Shown: positions 1-8,482, counted from the first letter of the stretch. The stretch is 64,000 nucleotides of DNA from an uncultured Desulfatitalea sp. (GCA_963668675.2 CAXXMB010000002.1:2720001-2784000), one strand, 5' to 3'. Made by a program: numbers and translations. Notes: a model not told the origin generated them from the sequence alone.

Positions 1-254
1 ATGAGATCCGGTTCACCCGACAAGATATAGTCGCGAGCCGCCTCCTCATCCACAGACGTAGCGGATAGGGAATAGATGCCGGGCAGGTCCACCACCTCGA
101 CGGTTTTCCCATCGTAGTTATAGTCGCCCGATTTTCGGTCGACTGTGACACCAGGCCAGTTGCCCACGCGCTGCTTGGCCCCGGTGAGGGCGTTGAACAG
201 GGTTGTCTTGCCGCAATTGGGGTTGCCCACTACTCCAATCAAATAGTCCTTCAT
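1..254 (-). CDS. feoB: Ferrous iron transporter FeoB, N-terminal GTPase part (runs off the window edge)
   Basis: Minus-strand translation from the ATG at 254 reads MKDYLIGVVGNPNCGKTTLFNALTGAKQRVGNWPGVTVDRK...VVDLPGIYSL, giving the FeoB G1/G2/G3 motifs. ATGA overlap with feoA. Not in the supplied ORF track. Confidence 0.96.
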   Translation of the reverse strand, partial: MKDYLIGVVGNPNCGKTTLFNALTGAKQRVGNWPGVTVDRKSGDYNYDGKTVEVVDLPGIYSLSATSVDEEAARDYILSGEPDL

Positions 255-493
255 GACAGCTCCTTTCTTTCCACCATCAATGCAGATGCTTCGTCCCTTC
301 TGAGAGAGAGGGCGAATCCCCGTACCTGGATCTCCACCGGATCCCCCATTGGGGCGATACGTTCGACCGTAAATTGTGTGCCGCGGGTCAGGCCCATGGC
401 CAGTAGCTTTTCTCTATACGCGGATGCCCCCTTGGTATAGCCGGACACCGTGCCGGACTCACCAACGAACATCTGTTGCAGTGATGCTTTCAT
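251..493 (-). CDS. feoA: FeoA family protein
   Basis: REKLLAMGLTRG...APMGDPVEIQVRGFALSLRRDEA is the FeoA signature. Start at 493 chosen for the GGGGAG RBS (ORF track extends to 526). Confidence 0.93.
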   Translation of the reverse strand: MKASLQQMFVGESGTVSGYTKGASAYREKLLAMGLTRGTQFTVERIAPMGDPVEIQVRGFALSLRRDEASALMVERKELS

Positions 494-538
494 ATCTCTT
501 CTCCCCATGTTAAGTGATCGATCCATCTACCAGGGCTC

Positions 539-591
539 AAAAAAAAGAAGGCGCAACCGAGCACGTTTGATTCGCGTCGAGTTACGCCTTC
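539..591 (-). terminator. Intrinsic terminator in the feoA 5' leader (attenuator)
   Basis: Minus strand GAAGGCGTAAC...GTTGCGCCTTC forms an 11-bp stem followed by T8. It lies between the promoter (~700) and the feoA start. Confidence 0.75.
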
Positions 592-642
592 ACTTTCTTT
601 GCGCCTTTACAGGCCAAAGACCGTAAGAACTACCTCAAAATG

Positions 643-701
643 TTAGGTGCACAAAATTTAATTGGGCTCTACAAATGCCACCCCAATACTGGTACTGTCA
701 A
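643..701 (-). promoter_or_regulatory. feoAB promoter with tandem DtxR/MntR(SirR)-type operators
   Basis: TTGACA on the minus strand at 696-701. Boxes TTAGG-TGCA-CAAAA (643-656) and TTGGG-CTCT-ACAAA (662-675) resemble TTAGG-N4-CCTAA. Confidence 0.6.
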
Positions 702-823
702 GCACTATTTAAGGCGCTTCCTGCTTTTTAAGCAAATATTCCTTGTCGCAGACATTGATGAATGATTCTTCACTATTCTTAATTTTCGAGGAAGGGATAA
801 CGCCCGTAAGGTTTTCCGCAGTG

Positions 824-1117
824 CTAATCCTTACCGATCAGCGTTTGTGTGAGCTTCTTTCTCAGTCGTTCGAGCCGTTTGGATTTAAACGCTTTGCGGC
901 TCTCCTCCAGCGCCTCGATCGCCTCCTCGACCGCTTTTTCCAACCGAAGTTCCCGCGACCGTTTGGGGCACAGGTCCAGAAGTGGTGCCAGGTTGCGCTC
1001 ATCCACTTCTCCTTCGAGTATAGAGGTCATCAGGCAGCAGTGCATGTCGATACCCTGCTGCAGCTCCTTTGCGCTGGTGTTGAGCGCGTTGATAATATCC
1101 TGTTTGTGTCGTCTCAT
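824..1117 (-). CDS. Small helical hypothetical protein with an MHCC motif
   Basis: 97 aa ORF with a GGAGAG RBS and its own operator-bearing promoter. It has a coiled-coil-like C-terminus. Confidence 0.7.
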   Translation of the reverse strand: MRRHKQDIINALNTSAKELQQGIDMHCCLMTSILEGEVDERNLAPLLDLCPKRSRELRLEKAVEEAIEALEESRKAFKSKRLERLRKKLTQTLIGKD

Positions 1118-1253
1118 TTAGCGTGCTCTCCTAAATAAATTGGTTAATTCAAACGGCTGGCTTGTAAAAGCCTTCGCTATTCATGCCGATTCTGCCAAGA
1201 GAACGGAAAAATTTTTTCACCAAGGGTGCCAGGAAATCGTACCTCGCCAAAAG

Positions 1254-1312
1254 TTAGGCTTACATAACATAAGATGGAACTCCTAATTGCAGAGGGCCCG
1301 CTCATTTGTCAA
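1254..1312 (-). promoter_or_regulatory. Promoter with tandem DtxR/MntR-type operators, between the hypothetical gene and the regulator
   Basis: TTGACA on the minus strand at 1307-1312. Boxes TTAGG-CTTA-CATAA (1254-1267) and GATGG-AACT-CCTAA (1273-1286) have the same 19-bp offset as the pair at 643/662. Confidence 0.62.
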
Positions 1313-1376
1313 GTGCTATTTTTGTTGAACCTGCCGGTCGGACTGTTCTAAAATGCCGAAGCAGAAAGGCGTCCCA

Positions 1377-2066
1377 ATGAAAAAAAGAGTCAATTCGCAG
1401 ACCGCAGAGGACTACCTCAAGAGCATTCATAGCCTCGAAGAGGGAGATGCCAGGGTGAAGACCTCCCTGCTGGCGAAACGGTTGGGGCTCACACCCGGTT
1501 CGGTGACCGATATGTTGAAACGACTCTCCCAGGCCGATCCCGCCCTGATCGACTACCAGCACCATCGGGGAGTAAAATTGACCGACGAGGGAAGGCGTGT
1601 CGCCCTCAGCGTTGTGCGACGGCATCGATTGTTGGAGAGTTTTTTTTATCAGGTGCTGGGCTTTGGCTGGGATGAGGTGCATCAAGAGGCGGAGGTTTTA
1701 GAACACCACCTCTCCGAACGGGTCACCGACGCCCTCGACCGCCTGATGAACCACCCGAAGTTCGATCCCCACGGGGAGGCGATCCCATCCAAGACGGGAA
1801 AGGTGAGGAAGGCTGCTCAGATCTCCCTGTCTGAAGTTGAGGCTGGCGCCACCGTGCGTGTGGTGCGGGTCGATCCGCGCCAGAATGAGATGCTGCAGTA
1901 CCTGGATGAGCTGGGTATCGGTGTCGGAACCCACATCGCCGTCGAGGAGAGGGCACCTTTTAACGGACCGATCCGTCTGCGTATCGGATCGAAAGGGGCT
2001 CGAAGGGTGGAGACGGTGGGGCGTGAAATTTTGGATCATATCTACGTTGCGCCGCTCCGCGCATAA
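1377..2066 (+). CDS. mntR: DtxR/MntR family metal-dependent repressor with C-terminal FeoA/SH3-like domain
   Basis: EDYLKSI, a wHTH (LAKRLGLTPGSVTDMLKRL), RRHRLLE...EAEVLEH, DPHGEAIP and a FeoA-like tail. Alternative start at 1353. Confidence 0.92.
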   Translation: MKKRVNSQTAEDYLKSIHSLEEGDARVKTSLLAKRLGLTPGSVTDMLKRLSQADPALIDYQHHRGVKLTDEGRRVALSVVRRHRLLESFFYQVLGFGWDEVHQEAEVLEHHLSERVTDALDRLMNHPKFDPHGEAIPSKTGKVRKAAQISLSEVEAGATVRVVRVDPRQNEMLQYLDELGIGVGTHIAVEERAPFNGPIRLRIGSKGARRVETVGREILDHIYVAPLRA

Positions 2067-2070
2067 AAAT

Positions 2071-2124
2071 TTTGTAATTCAAAATAAAATTTTTGGTTGA
2101 CCAAATTTTATTCATTCTTACTCT
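2071..2124 (+). promoter_or_regulatory. Tro-type operon promoter overlapped by a DtxR/MntR-type palindrome
   Basis: TTTGG-TTGA-CCAAA (2092-2105) overlaps a -35 TTGACC (2097-2102), with -10 TACTCT at 2119-2124. A second box TTTGT-AATT-CAAAA lies at 2071-2084. Confidence 0.65.
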
Positions 2125-2327
2125 TTGTCCTGTGATTATGGTGATGGCGTTGTTGAAGCGCTCAAACCCCATTTGGGGATGAGCTCCTGAAAACGTAACC
2201 TTACAACATGCCGCACTTGATATATAACCCAGCGGTCATACCTATTACGGGATTCCGGCTTCCGCCAGAATTACGAAAGGCGCTTTCAGGAGCGTATTGT
2301 AATTTTGTCGAAAATAGGAGCTTGAGA

Positions 2328-3326
2328 ATGCGCTTACCAATGCGGTTGTTCAACATTCGTCTTTCAAAATGGTGCTGCATGGCAGTCGCCGCCCTTTGGC
2401 TCGCACTGACGGCTTTGCCATCCTATGGCGCCTACAAGGGCAAGTACCCTTACAAAGCGGTGGCCACCGTGGGCATGGTGGCTGACATTGTGAAGGAGGT
2501 GGCTGGCGATAGGGCCGTGGTGGAGCATATTATCGGCGCCGGTGTCGATCCCCATGTTTACAACCCCACGCGCGGCGATGTGGCCCTGCTGCTGAAGTCG
2601 GACATCGTATTCTATTCCGGCTTGCTGCTCGAAGGTCAAATGTCCGATATTCTAATTAAGGTCTCCCGCCGGAGACCGGCGCATGCTGTTACCGAATTGT
2701 TGCAAAAGGTCTATCTGATCGATAACGCCGCGTCGGGCCATCTCGATCCGCACGTCTGGATGGATGTGGCCGGATGGGAAAAAGCCGTCACCGTGGTGGC
2801 CGAAGCGCTGGTTGCATTCGATCCGGCCAATGGTGATCTTTACCGGAGCAATGCCGCCCGCTACCAGGCCGAGCTGAAGCAACTCGACGCCTATGCGCGC
2901 CGGGTGATCGCTTCCATCCCCAAGGAGCAGCGCATCCTGGTGACGGCCCACGATGCCTTCAACTACATGGGCCGGGCTTACGGGATCGAGGTGTTGGGCA
3001 TCCAGGGGCTCTCCACCGAATCGGAGGCCGGACTGAAGGACATCAACAGCATCGTGGACGAACTGGTGCGTCGGCGCATTCCGGCGGTCTTTGTCGAGAC
3101 CAGTGTCTCCGATAAGAACGTCAAGGCCTTGATCGAAGGGGCAGCCTCCCGCGGGCACACGGTGATAATCGGCGGCGAACTCTTCTCCGACGCCATGGGA
3201 GCGGCGGGTACATATGAAGGTACCTACATGGGCATGATCGACCACAACATCACCATCATCGCCCGGGCATTGGGCGGGCAGGCACCCGAGAAGGGGATGA
3301 ACGGGAAACTTAAGGGTGGACACTGA
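2328..3326 (+). CDS. troA: Mn/Zn/Fe ABC transporter solute-binding protein (TroA/MntA family)
   Basis: GVDPHVY, DPHVWMD, TAHDAFNY and LFSDAMG metal-ligand motifs plus a signal peptide. Start approximate (AGGAG at 2316). Confidence 0.93.
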   Translation: MRLPMRLFNIRLSKWCCMAVAALWLALTALPSYGAYKGKYPYKAVATVGMVADIVKEVAGDRAVVEHIIGAGVDPHVYNPTRGDVALLLKSDIVFYSGLLLEGQMSDILIKVSRRRPAHAVTELLQKVYLIDNAASGHLDPHVWMDVAGWEKAVTVVAEALVAFDPANGDLYRSNAARYQAELKQLDAYARRVIASIPKEQRILVTAHDAFNYMGRAYGIEVLGIQGLSTESEAGLKDINSIVDELVRRRIPAVFVETSVSDKNVKALIEGAASRGHTVIIGGELFSDAMGAAGTYEGTYMGMIDHNITIIARALGGQAPEKGMNGKLKGGH

Positions 3327-3387
3327 GAAGAAGTGGCAAAGTGTGAAAATAGGAAAGCGGTGCTATTCTACCTGATTGGAGGGGCGT

Positions 3388-4224
3388 ATGTTTAGCTTAT
3401 TTGAATCGAAGCGTGAGACGATTGTCGAACAGGAGCCCTTTCCCATCTGGGTGAACGATCTCACCGTGGCGTACCATCGCAAACCGGTGCTGTGGGACGT
3501 GGACCTGACCCTCCCCGAAGGCAAACTCATCGCGGTGGTGGGGCCCAATGGCGCCGGCAAGAGCACCCTGATCAAATCGATCCTGGGGCTGGTACCCAGG
3601 GCCACCGGCGACATTCGCATTTACGGGCGCTCTTACGAAGCCCAGCGGCGATTGGTGGGGTATGTGCCCCAACGTGAGAGTGTCGACTGGGACTTTCCGG
3701 TGAGCGCCGCCGATGTGGTGGCCATGGGGCTCTACGGACAGATCGGCTGGATCAAGCCGGTGTCGCGACGCCATCGCGAACAGGCGGTCGAAGAGTTGCG
3801 CAAGGTGGGCATGGAGGCCTATGCCGACCGCCAGATCAGCCAGCTCTCCGGCGGGCAGCAGCAGCGAGTCTTTCTGGCCCGCGCCCTGGCCCAGGATGCG
3901 CGTGTCTACTTTATGGACGAACCGTTCGCCGGCGTAGATGTGGCCACAGAAAAAGCCATCGTGGCTCTGCTCAAGGAGCTAAAAACCGCCGGCAAGACCT
4001 GCGTGGTGGTCCACCACGACCTGCAGACCGTCACCGCCTATTTCGACCATGTCGTGCTGCTCAACATGCGGGTGGTGGCGGCGGGCCCTGTGGAAGAGGT
4101 GTTTACCGAAGAGAACTTGAAAAAGACTTATGGCGGCAAACTGACCCTGCTCAGCCAGGCCCTTCACAAATACGCCCAGCAACCTGTCATAGGGAAGGGC
4201 GGCACCAAAGGGGAGCACCGATGA
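3388..4224 (+). CDS. troB: Metal ABC transporter ATP-binding protein (TroB/MntB)
   Basis: Walker A GPNGAGKS, YVPQR, LSGGQQQR, MDEPFAGVD and VVHHDL. Confidence 0.95.
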   Translation: MFSLFESKRETIVEQEPFPIWVNDLTVAYHRKPVLWDVDLTLPEGKLIAVVGPNGAGKSTLIKSILGLVPRATGDIRIYGRSYEAQRRLVGYVPQRESVDWDFPVSAADVVAMGLYGQIGWIKPVSRRHREQAVEELRKVGMEAYADRQISQLSGGQQQRVFLARALAQDARVYFMDEPFAGVDVATEKAIVALLKELKTAGKTCVVVHHDLQTVTAYFDHVVLLNMRVVAAGPVEEVFTEENLKKTYGGKLTLLSQALHKYAQQPVIGKGGTKGEHR

Positions 4225-5705
4225 TGCCGATGCTACCATCGCTATCTTCGTTCGTCGGCTGGCGCAGCGCTCTGTTTGCGACCCTGTTGACGATGGGATG
4301 GGCCTCCATCGCCCATGCCGGTGGACTGGCCGGAGAGCAGCTTCAGTGGCCCACCTTGCAAGAGCTGCTGCGTGTGCTGACCCTCCGCGACTACAACACC
4401 CGGGTGGTTATCGTGGGCACCACCCTGCTGGGGCTGGCGGCCGGGCTGAGTGGTACTTTTTTGATCCTTCGCAAGCGTGCCCTGCTCAGCGACACCCTCA
4501 GCCACGCGACCCTGCCCGGCATCGCTTTGGCTTTTATCGTGATGAACCTGCTGCTCGGCGATGGAAAACATCTCATCGGTCTGATCACCGGTGCCGCCAT
4601 CTTCGCGGTGCTGGGCACCAGCTCCGTGCTGCTGATCCAGCGCTACTCGCGCCTGAAGAATGATGCTGCCCTGGGCGTCGTGCTGAGCGTCTATTTCGGC
4701 CTGGGCATTGCCATCATGGGCATTGCGACGCGCATGGCCTCGGGAAATGCCGCCGGTCTCAACTCGTTCATCTACGGGAAAACCGCTTCCATGCTCTTTG
4801 CCGATGCCCTTTTGATCGGCATTACCGCACTTTTGGCAGGCGGACTCTGTCTGCTCTTTTTCAAGGAGTTCTCCCTGATCTGTTTTGACGCCGACTTTGC
4901 CGCCACCCAGGGGTGGCCGGTGGCGCGCCTCGACTTCTTCATGATGACCCTGGTGGTGGTGGTGACCGTGGTGGGATTGCAGGCCGTGGGGTTGATCCTG
5001 GTAGTGGCCCTTCTGATCATCCCGCCGTCGGCGGCCCGCTTCTGGAGCCGGCGTCTGTCGGTCATGCTTGGGCTGTCGGCCGCCTTCGGGGCTGCCAGCG
5101 GCATGATCGGCGCGGGCATCAGTGCTCTGATGGCCAACCTTCCGGCCGGTGCCGTCATCGTGCTGACGGCCGCATCCCTCTTTTTCTTCAGCCTGGTGTT
5201 CGGCACCACCGGCGGGTTGCTCAGGATGGCCCTGGAGCGGTTTCGCCTGAGCAGAAAGGTGATGCGCGAGAACCTGTTGCGTGAACTCTACGAGTGGCAG
5301 GAGAGTGCAGCACCATCGAGCGGGATCGGCTCCGAGCCCTTGCCCCATGCCGGGCCTCATCTGGAAGAGCTGCTGCCCATGCGATCCTGGTCGGCGCACA
5401 TTTTGAAAAGGGGGCTCCGCCAGATGGTGCGCAACCGATGGCTGGAGGCGACAGATAGCGGACGCTACCTTTTTACGGCCGCGGGGCTGGAGCTGGCCCG
5501 GAAGGTGGTGCGCAAACATCGCCTGTGGGAGGCCTATCTGATTACCCATGCCGATACGGCGCCGGGACAGGTGGATTGGGGCGCCGATACCATCGAGCAT
5601 GTGCTCGACGAACGGATCATCGCCGAACTGGAATCCCGACTGCCCGGCCTGGCGCCGCAAAAGGTGCCGGAGAGCCCGCATCTGTTAAGACAAAAACCAG
5701 CATAA
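4221..5705 (+). CDS. Metal ABC permease (TroC type) fused to a C-terminal DtxR-like domain
   Basis: ABC-3 motif DTLSHATLPGIALA and multiple TM segments. The C-terminus has RKHRLWEAYL...ADTIEHVL...PESPH. Confidence 0.92.
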   Translation: MMPMLPSLSSFVGWRSALFATLLTMGWASIAHAGGLAGEQLQWPTLQELLRVLTLRDYNTRVVIVGTTLLGLAAGLSGTFLILRKRALLSDTLSHATLPGIALAFIVMNLLLGDGKHLIGLITGAAIFAVLGTSSVLLIQRYSRLKNDAALGVVLSVYFGLGIAIMGIATRMASGNAAGLNSFIYGKTASMLFADALLIGITALLAGGLCLLFFKEFSLICFDADFAATQGWPVARLDFFMMTLVVVVTVVGLQAVGLILVVALLIIPPSAARFWSRRLSVMLGLSAAFGAASGMIGAGISALMANLPAGAVIVLTAASLFFFSLVFGTTGGLLRMALERFRLSRKVMRENLLRELYEWQESAAPSSGIGSEPLPHAGPHLEELLPMRSWSAHILKRGLRQMVRNRWLEATDSGRYLFTAAGLELARKVVRKHRLWEAYLITHADTAPGQVDWGADTIEHVLDERIIAELESRLPGLAPQKVPESPHLLRQKPA

Positions 5706-5725
5706 GGTAGATAGGGTTAGAAAAC

Positions 5726-7024
5726 ATGGAGTGGTCATTCATCGACACCTGGATCATCGTCACGGGCATGCTCAGCGCCATGTCCTGTGCCCTGCTGGGC
5801 AACTACCTGGTCCTGCGCCGCATGAGCATGATGGGTGACGCCATCAGTCATGCGGTGCTGCCCGGGCTGGCCATCGCATTTCTGATCAGCGGGAGCCGGG
5901 ACAGTCTGCCCATGCTTGTGGGCGCAGTAGGTGTGGGCGTCTTGACCGCAGTGCTGATCCAGGGCATCAACAAGCTCAGCGGCCTGGACCAGGGTGCCTC
6001 CATGGGGGTGATCTTCACATCTCTCTTTGCGTTAGGGCTGATCCTCATCCGCCAGGCCGCCGACCATGTGGATCTTGACCCCGGTTGCGTCCTCTATGGG
6101 GCCATCGAACTGACGCCCCTGGATGTCTACACCCTTTTCGGATGGGAGGTGCCGCGCGCCGCGCTGACCAACGGGCTCATGCTGCTGGTCAATGTCGGCT
6201 TCGTGGTGATCTTTTTCAAGGAGCTGCGCATCACCTCTTTCGATCCGGCCCTGGCCACCACCATGGGGTTCAATGCCGGCTTGATGCACTATGTGCTCAT
6301 GGGGCTCGTGGCCGCCACCACCATTGCTGCTTTCGAGAGTGTCGGCAGCATTCTCGTGATCGCCATGCTCATTGTGCCCGGCGCCACCGCCCACCTGCTC
6401 ACCGACCGGCTCGACGCCATGCTGGGCATCAGCCTTGTGGTTGCGGCCCTCTCGGCGGTGCTGGGCCATGTGGGCGCTATCACCGTTCCAACCTGGATCG
6501 GATTTCGCGACACCAGCACCGCCGGCATGATGGCCGTGGCCGTGGGCGTCCTGTTTCTGGCCGCATTTCTGTTCGCTCCCCGGCACGGGGTCATCGGTAA
6601 GATGGTGGCCCAGGGCCTTCTCACCCTGAGCATTAACCGCGACGATATACTGGGCATGCTCTATCGTGTCCGCGAGTTGGCCGGCAAGGGGGTGGCTGCG
6701 GTTAAGACCGAGGATCTGCGCAATGCCCTCAAAACCGGCCGATGGGTCCGGTTGGCCCTGATGGACCTGCTGCGAAGCAAGATGGTGCGCCACACCCCTG
6801 AAGGGGTGGTGCTGACGGCGAGCGGACTTACCGCCGCCGCAAACCTGATTCGTTCCCATCGCCTGTGGGAGACCTACCTGTGTGACAAGATGGGCTTCTG
6901 TGATGCGGAGGCCCACTACAGCGCCCACCACTTGGAGCATGTCACAGACAAGGAGATGCAGGAGCGGTTGAAGCGCGCGGCCAACTATCCGACCCAGGAC
7001 CCGCACCAGAAGGCCATCCCCTGA
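5726..7024 (+). CDS. Metal ABC permease (TroD type) fused to a C-terminal DtxR-like domain
   Basis: GDAISHAVLPGLAIA and TM segments. The C-terminus has RSHRLWETYL...AHHLEH...QDPHQKAIP. Confidence 0.92.
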   Translation: MEWSFIDTWIIVTGMLSAMSCALLGNYLVLRRMSMMGDAISHAVLPGLAIAFLISGSRDSLPMLVGAVGVGVLTAVLIQGINKLSGLDQGASMGVIFTSLFALGLILIRQAADHVDLDPGCVLYGAIELTPLDVYTLFGWEVPRAALTNGLMLLVNVGFVVIFFKELRITSFDPALATTMGFNAGLMHYVLMGLVAATTIAAFESVGSILVIAMLIVPGATAHLLTDRLDAMLGISLVVAALSAVLGHVGAITVPTWIGFRDTSTAGMMAVAVGVLFLAAFLFAPRHGVIGKMVAQGLLTLSINRDDILGMLYRVRELAGKGVAAVKTEDLRNALKTGRWVRLALMDLLRSKMVRHTPEGVVLTASGLTAAANLIRSHRLWETYLCDKMGFCDAEAHYSAHHLEHVTDKEMQERLKRAANYPTQDPHQKAIP

Positions 7025-7082
7025 AGTTCAAGCGATCTGGTGCTGATGGGGATTGACAGCGCTCGCTAAAAGCCCGTCCCGC

Positions 7083-8468
7083 TTATTGTTTTTCCAGTGA
7101 GCCAAGCACCCGTTGCACGGCGGCCAGTTTTCGATCGATCTCGGTGGGTTGCATCTGGCGGGTGGCCGGTGGCAACGGTTTGATGAGGCGGTAGAACTTC
7201 TCCATATTGGTCAGAATATCCTTGTTGCCGGCGTCCAAGGCCAGACTGTCGAGCAGCTTGCGAGAGATCTCCGCCGGCTTAACCTTTACCCAATTCGATT
7301 GGTTTCCCACGTAGATGCTGCTAATGGCCGATAGATTGCGAGCCGCTGCGCTGTAGGGGATCGATCGGGCTGCTGCGGTGAATTTTTCATTGGCGGCTGC
7401 GGCCTCCAACGGTTTTCCTCCCATGATGTCGAGACTGCCACTGAGGATGTTGGCCATCGCCCCGGCTTCGGGACTCTGCGCCTGAGCAGAATACTTGGCA
7501 TATCGGGCGAGCGCTCTCTGGGCATACCCTCTCATCCGGTCGACATAGGGGTGGTCGTCGATGCCGTCCAGGTGAACCCTGAAACGCAGATAGCCGACCG
7601 CCCCCTCCACGAAGAACAACTCGGGCAGTCTGCGCCCCATCGGCACATCGCCCAGGCTCGACTGGGCATGGACCCAGCCGCTCGGGCCGGTATGCGCGTA
7701 CGCCTCTATTCTCATCCATCCGTTGCGCGCCTCCATCACCCGGTACTGAAAGGGGATGTCGGGATTGAGGTCGATCTCATCGCCCTTTGAATCGATGTTG
7801 GGGTCTCTGCGCACCATGGCGCTTTTTCTGAACGCACGTCCGATCTGCTTCAACTCATCGACGCTCACCCGCCTGGGGGCAAATGCGAATGCCTGATCCG
7901 GCATGCGTCCGCTAAATGTGAGAGGGCCGTTCGAAGGCGTGTCGACCTGCAGTACGAGGCGATCGTCCACATCGCGCCGCAGGAAGCGGATATAGCTCTG
8001 GATGAAGATGTCACTGCCCTCTTCGTAGAGATACCCCCAGATGAGCACGACCCCCTTGCCGGGTGGAACCTGGGCGCGTGCCCCCCCCACCTTCCCCACC
8101 AACTTGTCCATTACCGTCTCCGCACTGCATTCGGTTTCGAGCATCTTCACAGGGAGATGCCGGACCGACAGGACCGTTGCGCCCACGCCGCTGTACTTCA
8201 GCATGGAGAAGAGCACATTCATCTGCACGAGCAGGGTCAGCTCTTCCGCTGCTTGGGTTAACGGTTTGCGATCTTCGCTCATATTGACATAGGGCAGTAT
8301 GACGGCGTTGACGGCGGCGCCTCTCCACACAAACGGCTTGCGGCACTCGATGCCAATGGCCCCGGCCTGTGCGCCGCTGAAGAGGCAAAGCACCAGAAGA
8401 CAACTGATCGGTCCAATCTGGTGGGCCAGGCGCAGCGGCAAAGCATATACGCTCTTTAAGATTGCCAT
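7083..8468 (-). CDS. Exported hypothetical protein: CsgG/TolB-N-like alpha/beta domain, SH3b-like domain, TPR-like helical tail
   Basis: Signal peptide (LLVLCLFSGAQAGA), AVILPYVNMS, and the SH3b-like VRRDPN...YRVMEARNGWMRI...GWVH. Alternative start at 8486 overlaps the upstream stop. Confidence 0.7.
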   Translation of the reverse strand: MAILKSVYALPLRLAHQIGPISCLLVLCLFSGAQAGAIGIECRKPFVWRGAAVNAVILPYVNMSEDRKPLTQAAEELTLLVQMNVLFSMLKYSGVGATVLSVRHLPVKMLETECSAETVMDKLVGKVGGARAQVPPGKGVVLIWGYLYEEGSDIFIQSYIRFLRRDVDDRLVLQVDTPSNGPLTFSGRMPDQAFAFAPRRVSVDELKQIGRAFRKSAMVRRDPNIDSKGDEIDLNPDIPFQYRVMEARNGWMRIEAYAHTGPSGWVHAQSSLGDVPMGRRLPELFFVEGAVGYLRFRVHLDGIDDHPYVDRMRGYAQRALARYAKYSAQAQSPEAGAMANILSGSLDIMGGKPLEAAAANEKFTAAARSIPYSAAARNLSAISSIYVGNQSNWVKVKPAEISRKLLDSLALDAGNKDILTNMEKFYRLIKPLPPATRQMQPTEIDRKLAAVQRVLGSLEKQ

Positions 8469-8482
8469 GCGTCGCTCCTTTC

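Noticed and set aside
743..1138. Plus-strand 131-aa ORF
   Set aside because: Antisense to 824-1117, which has the RBS and promoter; no recognisable features.
4242..7006. Long antisense ORFs (479 aa and 324 aa) opposite the permeases, and similar shadow ORFs elsewhere (for example 45293-46345, 51492-52520)
   Set aside because: They mirror well-supported genes, have no motifs, and are expected from GC-rich codon bias.
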